37,593 nt of DNA, taken from NCBI GenBank assembly GCA_964455955.1, contig CAYWBA010000001.1, positions 1 to 37,593 of the forward strand, in the 5' to 3' direction. The notes beneath the pieces were generated by a model, which saw nothing but the letters and a program-made list of their open reading frames with translations, ran no database searches and was not told the DNA's origin. Below are positions 1 to 8,828 of the stretch, piece by piece. Position 1 is the first letter of the stretch; every line of letters starts with the position of its first letter. The DNA comes from an uncultured Planctomycetota bacterium. GTDB taxonomy: Bacteria > Planctomycetota > SKW154 > DAOVDS01. The position numbers and the translations under genes are program-made.

Positions 1-234
1 ACAGGGAGTGGCAAGACCTACCTGCTGTCTTTCAACGTGGATTTCAGGCCTGTGCTTGCCAGCACCTGGTTGGCTTTGACAGGAGTTGTGATACTAACTT
101 TCTATTTGCTTGCAAGCATTCTTGAGCACAGAAACAGGGAGAGGGAGAAAGAACTTCTTAAAGAGGAGCCATCGAAAGTTGCAGCCTCAACCGCAGGTGG
201 CGACGAAGGCGAGAACACTACTTTGGAGGCGTGA
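1..234 (+). CDS. 3' end of a gene that begins upstream of the window; C-terminal transmembrane helix plus acidic tail, function unknown
   Basis: Frame 1 is open from base 1 to TGA 232-234 (TGSGKTYLLSFNVDFRPVLASTWLALTGVVILTFYLLASILEHRNRE...TTLEA*). The track ORF 37..234 is only the part after an internal GTG. The stop lies 1 nt before the hppA ATG. No family recognised. Confidence 0.35.
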   Translation, partial: TGSGKTYLLSFNVDFRPVLASTWLALTGVVILTFYLLASILEHRNREREKELLKEEPSKVAASTAGGDEGENTTLEA

Positions 235-235
235 G

Positions 236-2386
236 ATGACAGGTTTGTACGTGGGTATTGGAACAGGGATACTGAGCCTGATTGTCGCGTTTATTTTCAG
301 CCGGATAGTGCTGAGCAAGCCCCGCGGCACCGAACTCATGCAGAAGATAAACGAACAGGTCCAGAAGGGAGCAGCCTCCTTTTTGAAGACCGAGTACAGG
401 GTACTCGTTGTCTTCATAATAGTAGTTGCCGCATGCCTGTGGATATTTATTGACAGCCGTATCGAGAGTACGGCCGTTCCCGGGACCATGATATCCTTTA
501 TTATAGGGGCATTTTTCAGCATGCTTTCAGGCTGGATAGGGATGAAAGTTGCGACCAAGGCGGCCGCTCCCACCACAGAGGCTGCCAAGACCGGCCTCAG
601 CGCCGCGCTCGGCGTAGCTTTCAAGTCCGGCGCCGTGATGGGGCTTACTGTCGTTGGCTTCGGCCTGGCAGGCGTCTCAGCAGTTTATCTTATCTTCAAA
701 GATGTCCAGCTTGTGTTCGGGTTCTCGCTTGGCGCCTCTTCAATCGCGCTTTTTGCACGTGTCGGAGGAGGGATATTCACCAAGGCTGCGGACGTCGGGG
801 CCGACCTTGTGGGCAAAGTCGAGGCGGGAATACCTGAAGACGACCCGCGGAATCCCGGCGTTATCGCGGACAACGTGGGCGACAATGTCGGCGATGTTGC
901 AGGCATGGGCGCGGACCTCTACGAATCCTACGTCGGCTCCATCATAGCGACAATGGCTGTTGCCGCCTTCTACATGAGCCTCAATGCGGGAGACAAGGTT
1001 TTTGCCACCCCTGCAGCTATTGTTTTGCCCATACTTGTTGCCGCGTGCGGGATAGTTTCCTCGATTATCGGGATGTTCATTGTTCGCACAAGGAAAGAAG
1101 AAAAGGTCCGCGCAGCATTGTTTAACGGCCTGCTCCTTGCAAGTGTTTTGTTCGTGGCTTGCGCAGGGCTGGTTATTTATTTCACCGATGTACAAATCAC
1201 CGACCCGGCCTCAGGTAAAGTATTCGGCAAGTGGAACATTTTCACAAGCATCCTTATCGGACTGGGCCTTGGCCTTGCAATCGGCAAGCTCACCGAAATC
1301 TACACCTCTGAGCAGAGAGGGTTTGTGAAGTTCATCGCCAAGCAGTCGCAGACCGGCGCCGGAACCAACCTTATCGCCGGTCTGGCGGTCGGCATGCAGT
1401 CTGTCGCCCCGCCGCTCGTCCTGATTGCCGCGGCAGTCTACGCATCCTACCACATAGCGGGTCTCTACGGCGCCGCCATAAGCGCAGTTGGCATGCTCTC
1501 TACTCTTGGAATATCACTTGCAACCGATGCCTACGGGCCCGTGGCAGATAACGCCGGCGGTCTTGCTGAAATGTCGGACTGTGAGCCTGAGGTTCGTAAC
1601 ACAACCGATACTCTCGATGCGGTCGGCAATTCCACCGCGGCAATAGGAAAGGGGTTCGCAATCGGCTCGGCCGCCCTGACCGCGCTTGCGCTCTTTCAGA
1701 CCTACGCGCAGCAAGCCGGTATTACAGGTACTACAGGTCTTAACATCCTTGCACCTGACGTGATAGCGGGCCTGTTTATCGGCGTCATGCTGCCGCTGCT
1801 CTTCTCCTCGATGACAATGAAGGCGGTAGGCCGCGCGGCGAGCAGCCTTGTGGATGAGGTCCGCAGGCAGTGGAAAGAGATACCCGGGCTTATGGAAGGC
1901 AAGGCGGAGCCTGACAGCGAGAGATGCGTGACGATGACGACGAAAGCTGCTATCCGCGAAATGGTCCTGCCCAGCCTGCTTGCAATACTTTCGCCAATTA
2001 TCATAGGCGTGCTGCTTGGCACGAGTGCGCTTGGCGGGCTGCTTGCAGGCGCCCTTCTTTCCGGCGTAATCATGGCAATAATGATGGCCAACGCAGGCGG
2101 CGCGTGGGACAATGCCAAGAAGTTTATCGAGAAGGGCAACCTGGGCGGCAAAGGCTCCGACGCCCACAAGGCTGCGGTTGTCGGCGATACGGTCGGCGAC
2201 CCGTTCAAGGACACCTCCGGCCCGTCACTTAACGTGCTTATCAAGCTTATGGCAATAGTATCGCTGGTCTTTATCCCTGTTTTTAAGTCAATCCGCCCCG
2301 ACGAGGCGAAAGAGGCCCGGGCCAAGAGTGTACAACAAGAAGAACAGAGCGAAGTTATAAAAGTTCAAAAGGGGGGGCAAAAATAG
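236..2386 (+). CDS. hppA: Membrane-integral ion-translocating pyrophosphatase (H+/Na+-PPase), K+-dependent-type signature
   Basis: Hallmark M-PPase motifs are present: GGGIFTKAADVGADLVGKVE, DNVGDNVGDVAGMGADL, DAYGPVADNAGG, GNSTAAIGKGFAIGSAAL, GGAWDNAKK, VGDTVGDPFKDTSGPSLN. About 16 hydrophobic segments. Start moved from track position 110 to ATG 236 (MTGLYVGIGTGILSL...), which has GGAGG at 225-229. The 110-235 extension is basic and non-membrane, and overlaps the upstream ORF. Ala in GNSTAAIGKG (not Lys) is the K+-dependent-type residue as I recall it. Confidence 0.95.
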   Translation: MTGLYVGIGTGILSLIVAFIFSRIVLSKPRGTELMQKINEQVQKGAASFLKTEYRVLVVFIIVVAACLWIFIDSRIESTAVPGTMISFIIGAFFSMLSGWIGMKVATKAAAPTTEAAKTGLSAALGVAFKSGAVMGLTVVGFGLAGVSAVYLIFKDVQLVFGFSLGASSIALFARVGGGIFTKAADVGADLVGKVEAGIPEDDPRNPGVIADNVGDNVGDVAGMGADLYESYVGSIIATMAVAAFYMSLNAGDKVFATPAAIVLPILVAACGIVSSIIGMFIVRTRKEEKVRAALFNGLLLASVLFVACAGLVIYFTDVQITDPASGKVFGKWNIFTSILIGLGLGLAIGKLTEIYTSEQRGFVKFIAKQSQTGAGTNLIAGLAVGMQSVAPPLVLIAAAVYASYHIAGLYGAAISAVGMLSTLGISLATDAYGPVADNAGGLAEMSDCEPEVRNTTDTLDAVGNSTAAIGKGFAIGSAALTALALFQTYAQQAGITGTTGLNILAPDVIAGLFIGVMLPLLFSSMTMKAVGRAASSLVDEVRRQWKEIPGLMEGKAEPDSERCVTMTTKAAIREMVLPSLLAILSPIIIGVLLGTSALGGLLAGALLSGVIMAIMMANAGGAWDNAKKFIEKGNLGGKGSDAHKAAVVGDTVGDPFKDTSGPSLNVLIKLMAIVSLVFIPVFKSIRPDEAKEARAKSVQQEEQSEVIKVQKGGQK

Positions 2387-2757
2387 CCGCATTCGACAAA
2401 GCTGCGCGACTCTGTGCCCAGATAGCGGACGACAAGAAGGCCAGGGACATCGCCATCCTTAAAGTAAGGGAGATTATCGGGGTTACTGACTTCTTTGTAA
2501 TCTGCACGTGCGACAGCAAGCCGCAGTCACGGGCGATTGCGGATGAGATTGAAAAAAGGCTCAAAGAAGAGAAATACGCCCACCTGGGGACTGAAGGCCG
2601 CGGGGACGCTTCCTGGGTCCTGCTGGACTACGGCGGTGTCGTGGTGCATGTCTTCCTCCAGGAAACCCGGGACTACTACCAGCTCGAGATGCTCTGGGGC
2701 GATGCACCCAGGCTCGACTGGACACCACAGGACATGAAACATCCCAGCCCCGCATAA
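2383..2757 (+). CDS. rsfS: Ribosome silencing factor RsfS (iojap/DUF143 family); start codon non-canonical or unresolved
   Basis: Frame 1 reads (K)IAAFDKAARLCAQIADDKKARDIAILKVREIIGVTDFFVICTCDSKPQSRAIADEIEKRLKEEKYAHLGTEGRGDASWVLLDYGGVVVHVFLQETRDYYQLEMLWGDAPRLDW...*, ending at TAA 2755-2757. This is a typical RsfS layout (D-x-x-VLDV-like, DYFVI-like, VVHIF, R-x-YY-LE-LW). There is no ATG/GTG/TTG between the upstream in-frame stop (2284-2286) and the conserved core, so it is missing from the ORF track. ATA 2383-2385 sits 5 nt after a G7 run (2371-2377, SD-like) and overlaps the hppA TAG (ATAG). Confidence 0.8.
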   Translation: MAAFDKAARLCAQIADDKKARDIAILKVREIIGVTDFFVICTCDSKPQSRAIADEIEKRLKEEKYAHLGTEGRGDASWVLLDYGGVVVHVFLQETRDYYQLEMLWGDAPRLDWTPQDMKHPSPA

Positions 2758-2772
2758 CGGCGCCCGGTCTCG

Positions 2773-5694
2773 TTATTCATCCTCCTTCTTGGTGAAATAG
2801 TGGTTCATCTTGTCCCACTTAAGCTGGTCTTTGTTCTTCTTCCACCAGCTTGTCACATAGGAGGCGAAAGCCCTCGCCGTCTCCGGGTCACCAGCCATTG
2901 AGAGGGCCTCGCCCTTGAGTGCCAGCGCCAGCGAGACTACGCCTTTCAATTCCTCATCCCCGGCGGTTTCCATCATCGCAAGCAGGGATTCCATAAACCT
3001 GACCGGGTAGTTATTACACCCGCTGTAGAAGAGTTCCTTGAGGAAGTATTCCCGGTTGTTCTTCGGGTCTACAACCTTTACAAGCTCTCTTACCACCGCT
3101 TCTATGCATGAGCCCCGCATGCAGCTTTCAAAAGCCTTTTTGGCAATCACCGGTATGGGTGGTGGCTCCATATCAGGGCCGTAATCTACGTAAAGGTCGC
3201 TCTCAACCCAGCGGTTCTTGTCTGTAAGAACAGAAAGGAGGCAGGGAATTGCCTGTGGGGTTTCAGTAGCATTGATTGCCGCGAGTGCGGTTTTCAGCTC
3301 TTCGCCCTGCTGTTTGTCTGCATGCTCTATCAGGCAAGAGGCGGCGCATACGCCAAGCTTCTCGAACTTCTTCACCACCTCAGGCCCGCGCCACTTCATA
3401 TACATGTGGGCTTCGACCTTTGCTCCTTCAAGCTCTTTGAGCGCCTGGTCTATTTCGTCACGCCCTCCGGCTTCGAGGTAAGCATCCACGTAAGGCTTCG
3501 CATTCTCGGGTTCGTCCAGACGGCGAATGTATATATTTGCGAGCGCGAGGTTCACCTCCCTGGAAAGAGGGTTTTTCTTGCGGGCCTGCAGCAGATGTTC
3601 CACAGCCTCCCTGTAAAGCTTCTTGCTGTGGCAGGTACGGGCGACAGCCATGTGGATGGAGGGGTCTTCGGCCCGGAGCTTCACCGCCGCGGCAAAGCAT
3701 TCGAGTGCCTTATCCAGCTTGCTCTGCTTACTATAGATAAGGCCCAGGTTGAAGCTGACTTTCGGGTCATCAGGGTTTGCAGCTATCGCCTGTTTGTAGT
3801 GTTTGACTGCTTCATCCTGCCTGTCCAGTGCCTGCTCGACGTAGGCGATGTTAAAGAGCAGGTTCGCATCATCCGCAGCCAGTTTCAGTGCGGATTGGTA
3901 GGTTCCCAAAGCCTCTTCCTGCTTGCCGAGCCTCGCGAGAGCATGGCCGCGGAACCGCAGCGAGTCCAAGTCATCGGGTTTTGCAGCCGAGGCTCTTTCC
4001 AAGTGCTTCTCTGCTTTTTCAATATCTCCCCGGGCCGCGTAAAGCAGGCCGAGGTTGAAATTCGCATCGAAGTCATCCGGGTTTCTTTCCACTATGTTTT
4101 TATATGCCTCGACGCGCTGCTCGGCGGTCATGGGTACGGCGAGCGAGCTGGTTGCTGTCTTCCACTGATAGCCGAGCCACAAGGTTGATACGCCAACAAT
4201 TATCAGTACCACTGCGGTAGGTCTGTGCAGACGGGAAACTATCCACATCAATAGCCCGCTCTCTTTTTTCAGGGCGACCTTGCGCAGTACGTGAAAACCT
4301 CCGGAGAAAGCAGCGCCTATGATTGAGAGAGTAATAGCCTGGCCGATGGCTATGAACAATATCATCAAGAACGCTTTGGTGTACTCCCGGTAAAAGATAA
4401 ATATGGTTGCTGCATAGCTGGAGGTTATGCAGGGGATAATCCCTGTTGCCACCGCCACTTTCCACATAAGAGGAAACCTCGGTTTCCTGTCGGTGGCGTC
4501 CGCAAGTGTCTCTGTAACAAATTCTTTTTCCTCCTCTTCTTCCTTATACAGTTGCGCAGCCTTGAAAAAGAAGAGCATGTACACCCCGATGATGGATATG
4601 AGCAAACCAGACAGAAGCGTCAAATATACCACGGCCACATTCTGAACAGTCGTTGTAAGCAGTTGCCCTGCAAGAACCATGATAAATGCAGTCAGCACCG
4701 TGGTGGAAATGGTATGAACAAGAGTAACCAGTAATGACAGCTTGATTGCGTCTCGAAACCCGGCATGGGTAGCGACTACAAAGCTTGCAATAACACCTTT
4801 GCCGTGGCCGGGAAGTATTACGTGAATAAGTCCCACAAAAACACCTATGATGATAAGCCACAGCCAGTACCAGGCACCTTTTGCCTTTATCGCGCCTGCA
4901 ACCTGGTTCATCGTGAAGTTATTCAGCCACTTGTAAAGATTTTGGCTTGTGGTTGTGTTAGCGCTCGCTCCTGGCGCAGGCGTGCCTGCCTTGATTTTGC
5001 GCGCAGTCTCGCCCGACTTCTTCGTAAGCATTATATCGTTTGCCGCAAACGGCTCCTGCTTCGCCTCTATTTCTTTGTAGCCGTACTCGACGAAGAACCT
5101 GCGTTTAAGCGTCATCTCCATGAACATGTGGTCTAACAGCTCGCGGTCAAGGTACTGCACAAGCGGGGTAATGGGGTAAATGTTCAAGTTGTCGAGTTCC
5201 CTGTTCACGCTGATGTTGACATCATTTATAATCTGCGGCTCTTCGTTCTCGAAGTTCTCGTTGTAGAATTCAATCTTTACCTTGTAAAACGACTGGTCAA
5301 CCGGTACATCAATCTCCATATAAGTTGAGAAAGGCCCGCGGTCAACATCACCGATAATGCCAAAAACTTCCGTCTTGGTTATGACTTTGGGCACTTCTTG
5401 GCCGTTTATCTTCACGTGAAGCTTATCAATATAGAGCTTGCAGCGCTCTTTTATGTAATACAGGCGTTCATCCTCATCAATTGTCATGTCCTTATTGAGG
5501 TCGCAGTTCTTGCGCTCGTCCTGTGCGGGAAAGTTCTTGAGCTCTACCAGGAAGCCGAGTTGCAGCTTCTCGCGCATGACCCACATAGTTATGCGAGTGC
5601 CGACGTCAAATATGGAAATGTCATGGCCGAAGCAGTGCTCGGTTAAGACAAGGATTAGCAAGAATGCAGCAATTGCTCCTGTTTTTGTGCGCAT
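2773..5694 (-). CDS. Large envelope protein: signal peptide + extracytoplasmic domain + NicO/RcnA-like polytopic metal-transporter domain + TPR array + helical C-terminal domain
   Basis: 973-aa ORF. N-terminus MRTKTGAIAAFLLILVLTEHCFG/HD looks like a signal peptide. A ~260-aa soluble domain follows. Then a block of hydrophobic helices carries ILPGHGKGVIASF, resembling the PGHGK signature I associate with NicO/RcnA (COG2215) Ni/Co transporters. Next come at least 6 TPR-like repeats (FNLGLLYAARGDIEKAEKHLERA, RGHALARLGKQEEALGTYQSAL, FNIAYVEQALDRQDEAVKHYKQAI, FNLGLIYSKQSKLDKALECFAAAV, ...) and a ~230-aa helical tail. CDS confidence is high; functional assignment is moderate. Confidence 0.6.
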   Translation of the reverse strand: MRTKTGAIAAFLLILVLTEHCFGHDISIFDVGTRITMWVMREKLQLGFLVELKNFPAQDERKNCDLNKDMTIDEDERLYYIKERCKLYIDKLHVKINGQEVPKVITKTEVFGIIGDVDRGPFSTYMEIDVPVDQSFYKVKIEFYNENFENEEPQIINDVNISVNRELDNLNIYPITPLVQYLDRELLDHMFMEMTLKRRFFVEYGYKEIEAKQEPFAANDIMLTKKSGETARKIKAGTPAPGASANTTTSQNLYKWLNNFTMNQVAGAIKAKGAWYWLWLIIIGVFVGLIHVILPGHGKGVIASFVVATHAGFRDAIKLSLLVTLVHTISTTVLTAFIMVLAGQLLTTTVQNVAVVYLTLLSGLLISIIGVYMLFFFKAAQLYKEEEEEKEFVTETLADATDRKPRFPLMWKVAVATGIIPCITSSYAATIFIFYREYTKAFLMILFIAIGQAITLSIIGAAFSGGFHVLRKVALKKESGLLMWIVSRLHRPTAVVLIIVGVSTLWLGYQWKTATSSLAVPMTAEQRVEAYKNIVERNPDDFDANFNLGLLYAARGDIEKAEKHLERASAAKPDDLDSLRFRGHALARLGKQEEALGTYQSALKLAADDANLLFNIAYVEQALDRQDEAVKHYKQAIAANPDDPKVSFNLGLIYSKQSKLDKALECFAAAVKLRAEDPSIHMAVARTCHSKKLYREAVEHLLQARKKNPLSREVNLALANIYIRRLDEPENAKPYVDAYLEAGGRDEIDQALKELEGAKVEAHMYMKWRGPEVVKKFEKLGVCAASCLIEHADKQQGEELKTALAAINATETPQAIPCLLSVLTDKNRWVESDLYVDYGPDMEPPPIPVIAKKAFESCMRGSCIEAVVRELVKVVDPKNNREYFLKELFYSGCNNYPVRFMESLLAMMETAGDEELKGVVSLALALKGEALSMAGDPETARAFASYVTSWWKKNKDQLKWDKMNHYFTKKEDE

Positions 5695-6017
5695 GTGAAT
5701 ACCCTGTAGAAACTACACGAAACTTCTTACGTTTATTTTACCAAAGCGTTAGGCCAAAATCAATTTTCTCTTGGGGCGAAAAAGTCTAATAGATGAGTGT
5801 ACCAGTTTGTTTAAACCGTTCTTGTGTTGTCGTATTGTAAGTCGTATCGTTTTGTAAAGTATAGTTCCGAAGTGAGCGGTATAAGAGCCCGGATGCGCAC
5901 CAGGTCATCTCGTCAAGATTCGAGGAGTGGAAATTTTGGGGGAAGTATGGTGAAATTCGCTCAAACGGCACGGAAAACAGCTTTACACAAATTTTTCTGC
6001 CAGTTTGAATAAATGAG

Positions 6018-6047
6018 TTGACGATTAATAGAAAGAAAGTCTAAAGT
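6018..6047 (+). promoter_or_regulatory. Candidate sigma70-type promoter for the 6112 gene (TTGACG-N18-TAAAGT)
   Basis: TTGACG at 6018-6023, an 18-nt spacer, TAAAGT at 6042-6047, in an AT-rich 417-nt divergent intergenic region. The motif AAATGAGTTG occurs twice (6011-6020 and 6059-6068). Confidence 0.3.
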
Positions 6048-6111
6048 AATTATTTGAAAATGAGTTGGACAGGTGTTGAACCTGCACAGCTAATAATAGG
6101 AGGAAATCTTT

Positions 6112-8673
6112 ATGAAACTGTTCTTGTCAGTGTGTATGTTAATGCTTGTCTGTGCAACTTACTGTGGTTGTTCAAAAGATAAAAAAGACATCTACACAGC
6201 TCCAGTAGAGGTGGCAACGGATGCCGCGCTGCCCGCCAGCGTGAACGTTCCCTATTCTTACCAGCTTCCTGCAACTGGCGGTGGGGAGACAAACTACGTG
6301 TGGACGCTTGAAGCTGGCGAGTTACCTCCGGGAATCTCGTTTCTCTCCACAGGCGTCTTAACAGGGACTCCGCAAGAGACAGGCATCTATTCATTTACAG
6401 TGCGCGTCCACGAAACAACATTTCCATTTATTTCCGATAGCTGCTCCAAGAAACTTACAATGAATGTTGAGGACTGGCACTGGGCTGTGGAGTTGAGCTG
6501 GACCGATACGGAAGATGGCAATCCAACCAGCCCGGCGGAATCGCCGCACGCTGTCGTTGATGAGGCTGGAACTTGTTATGCAGTCTGGGCTGTAAACGAT
6601 GGTGTGAATCCCCGCTACATTGTTTGCGCCGAAAAAGCCGGCATAGCTGCTGTTAAGATTTACGACGTAACAGATGGCAGCTCGGACTGCAAGTCGCCGA
6701 AGATAGTGGTAGATTCAAGCGGAATAGTTCATGTCCTTTACCTCGCGTGGGATGGCGCGTCTTACGATTTGATGCATCTAAGCGGTTCACCGGGAAGCTG
6801 GGGCAGCGCGTCGGCGGTATCCTCCGACGCTATTGAAGACTATGACCTCGCAATAGACGAGAGCGGGATTTTGTATGCCAGCTACGTTGTCAGCACGGCA
6901 AACAAGGTTCTTTACTACAGCTTCAACGACGGCACAGGCTGGTCGGCGCAAGAGCAAGTGGGAACTGCCGATTCTTCCACCTGCGTCTCGATTGCCGCCG
7001 GTTCTACCGAGCTGGCGGCCATACTGTGGTCGCGCACCGAGGCCACTACAGATACCACAGTCTGCTACACCAAGGGAACGGCCGCGTGGTCGGAAACAGA
7101 AGTCACCACGTCGCTTGCAGGCTGCGACATAGCGGTGACCGAAGAGGTGTTTCACCTGGCGTGGGTTGAAGGGGGACAGGCATACTATGCTTCGCTGACA
7201 GACGAAGGCTTGAGTGGCACACTAACACTCTCCCAGACCGGCACAGTCAGCGGCCCCCTGCAGATAGCCCTTGCCGAGGATGATTTCGTGTGGGTTGCCT
7301 GGCTGGACACTTCAGGAAGCAACGATGAGCTCTGCTATGTGCGAGTCGAAGATGGCAAAACTCTTGGCGACGCGTTTAACCTCACCAGCCGGTTTTCTTC
7401 GCACACACCTGCCGCCGATGTGACTGACTATGCTATTTCAGACACCACTGAAGCTTTCCCCCATATAATCTTCCCAAAATCAGGAACCCTTTATGTCACG
7501 TACTCCACGCTGCTGCCCTGGAGCTATCCGGAAACAATTGCCGATACCACCGGCATAGCGGTCTTCGCCGACGGGGCCTGCGACCAGGACGGCAAGTACC
7601 ATGTTGCATTCACAGACAACAGCACTGGCTCGTTTGACATCTATTACTTGTCTAAAGACGGCACATGGTCAGCGCCGACCAATCTCAGCCAGAGTACAGA
7701 TGATTCAACGCGGCCCCATGTTATTGTGGTAAGTGGAGCTGTATACGTCATCTGGTTTGAATTTGTTGGCCCTGCTCTGGATGATGTAAACGTCGTCTGG
7801 CGCTCGAAGCTCCCGGCCTCCTCTTGGTCGTCCGTGCAGACTGCTTTCTCAACCAAGATACCGGGAGGATTCGGCTACTGCTTCGGAACACACGCGATGT
7901 ACGTACCGGGGACCCCGCTGGGACAGATTCGCCTGTTCTGGAGCGCAATGGACACTGTCTCAGGCGACTGGTGCATCTACAGCTCGACGTTTGACATCAG
8001 TACAAGCATCTGGACAACCCCGGAAATTGTCGGCCAGGTCGCCGGCAGGGACTGCTTCTTCGCCGATGCGGCAATGACCAGCGATGGAACGATACACCTC
8101 GTTTGGGGCGCATATGGTGAAATCAGCGGAAGTCCGACCGATGGATTCATCTACTATTCCTATTTCGATGGGCAAGATTGGAGTGCCCCTGTTGAAGTAT
8201 CCGGGAATGCTGCCAACACGAAGGCACACCAACCTGCTATTTCTGTTGATGAGCTTGGTAATTGTTACGTATTCTGGGTCTATGGGAATACCCCAACGCC
8301 ATGGGTACAGGCTTGCACGGAAGTGCGAGGGAGAGTTATTGACCCTTCTGGCGGCCAGAGCAACGTGTTCCTCCTGGAAAGGAAGGATGGCACAATCCAA
8401 AAGGTGAACACCATTTTCTTAGGAGGATATATCTTTGTTGCGTTTAGTGCTAGTCCTGCAGCAGGATATAACAACGACATTTTGCTAAAATGGGGAGTCC
8501 GGGGCGATTTAGATCTCTTGTGGCAAAAAACAGTTTATGCCAGCCAGATCCAAGGACATTCCTTTAATCAGTGCTTTGTTCCCGACGAAGCAGGTGGCAG
8601 CCTATACCTGTTTTGGAATGGCGAACAATTCGGAGATTACGATATATTTGGCACATTGCTTACGTCACCTTGA
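6112..8673 (+). CDS. Secreted (probably lipid-anchored) protein: He_PIG-type putative Ig domain followed by BNR/sialidase-like beta-propeller repeats
   Basis: AGGAGG at 6098-6103 precedes the ATG. Signal peptide MKLFLSVCMLMLVCATYCGCSKD ends in Cys residues. VNVPYSYQLPATGGGETNYVWTLEAGELPPGISFLSTGVLTGTPQETGIYSFTVRV fits the 'putative Ig' (He_PIG) pattern. At least 6 degenerate Asp-box-like blades follow (SFNDGTGWSAQEQV, GTAAWSETEV, SKDGTWSAPTNLS, PASSWSSVQTA, STSIWTTPEIV, YFDGQDWSAPVEVS). Confidence 0.65.
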   Translation: MKLFLSVCMLMLVCATYCGCSKDKKDIYTAPVEVATDAALPASVNVPYSYQLPATGGGETNYVWTLEAGELPPGISFLSTGVLTGTPQETGIYSFTVRVHETTFPFISDSCSKKLTMNVEDWHWAVELSWTDTEDGNPTSPAESPHAVVDEAGTCYAVWAVNDGVNPRYIVCAEKAGIAAVKIYDVTDGSSDCKSPKIVVDSSGIVHVLYLAWDGASYDLMHLSGSPGSWGSASAVSSDAIEDYDLAIDESGILYASYVVSTANKVLYYSFNDGTGWSAQEQVGTADSSTCVSIAAGSTELAAILWSRTEATTDTTVCYTKGTAAWSETEVTTSLAGCDIAVTEEVFHLAWVEGGQAYYASLTDEGLSGTLTLSQTGTVSGPLQIALAEDDFVWVAWLDTSGSNDELCYVRVEDGKTLGDAFNLTSRFSSHTPAADVTDYAISDTTEAFPHIIFPKSGTLYVTYSTLLPWSYPETIADTTGIAVFADGACDQDGKYHVAFTDNSTGSFDIYYLSKDGTWSAPTNLSQSTDDSTRPHVIVVSGAVYVIWFEFVGPALDDVNVVWRSKLPASSWSSVQTAFSTKIPGGFGYCFGTHAMYVPGTPLGQIRLFWSAMDTVSGDWCIYSSTFDISTSIWTTPEIVGQVAGRDCFFADAAMTSDGTIHLVWGAYGEISGSPTDGFIYYSYFDGQDWSAPVEVSGNAANTKAHQPAISVDELGNCYVFWVYGNTPTPWVQACTEVRGRVIDPSGGQSNVFLLERKDGTIQKVNTIFLGGYIFVAFSASPAAGYNNDILLKWGVRGDLDLLWQKTVYASQIQGHSFNQCFVPDEAGGSLYLFWNGEQFGDYDIFGTLLTSP

Positions 8674-8828
8674 AAGCGGTCCCCGGGGAATTGATATTGT
8701 GCTAACGGTACGGCGGAGATTTGCTTCGGTGAGGTCAATATCTTTGTTCATGGCACGTTGTGGAAGTAAGCTTCTGTCTGGGAGACAACGCAGACCAGAT
8801 AGAAGGCTACCGAATAAGAGCGTGAGAC

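Noticed and set aside
110-235. Upstream ATG (110) as the hppA start
   Set aside because: The 42-aa extension is basic and non-hydrophobic and overlaps the frame-1 ORF ending at 234. ATG 236 has a GGAGG SD and starts directly at TM1, as in other M-PPases.
3322-4188. 288-aa plus-strand ORF inside the 2773..5694 gene
   Set aside because: It is antisense to the TPR repeats, with no motifs. The minus-strand frame shows regular TPR periodicity.
8680-8689. Palindrome TCCCCGGGGA just after the stop of 6112..8673
   Set aside because: It is a 10-bp palindrome with no loop and no T-tract, too short to call a terminator or operator.
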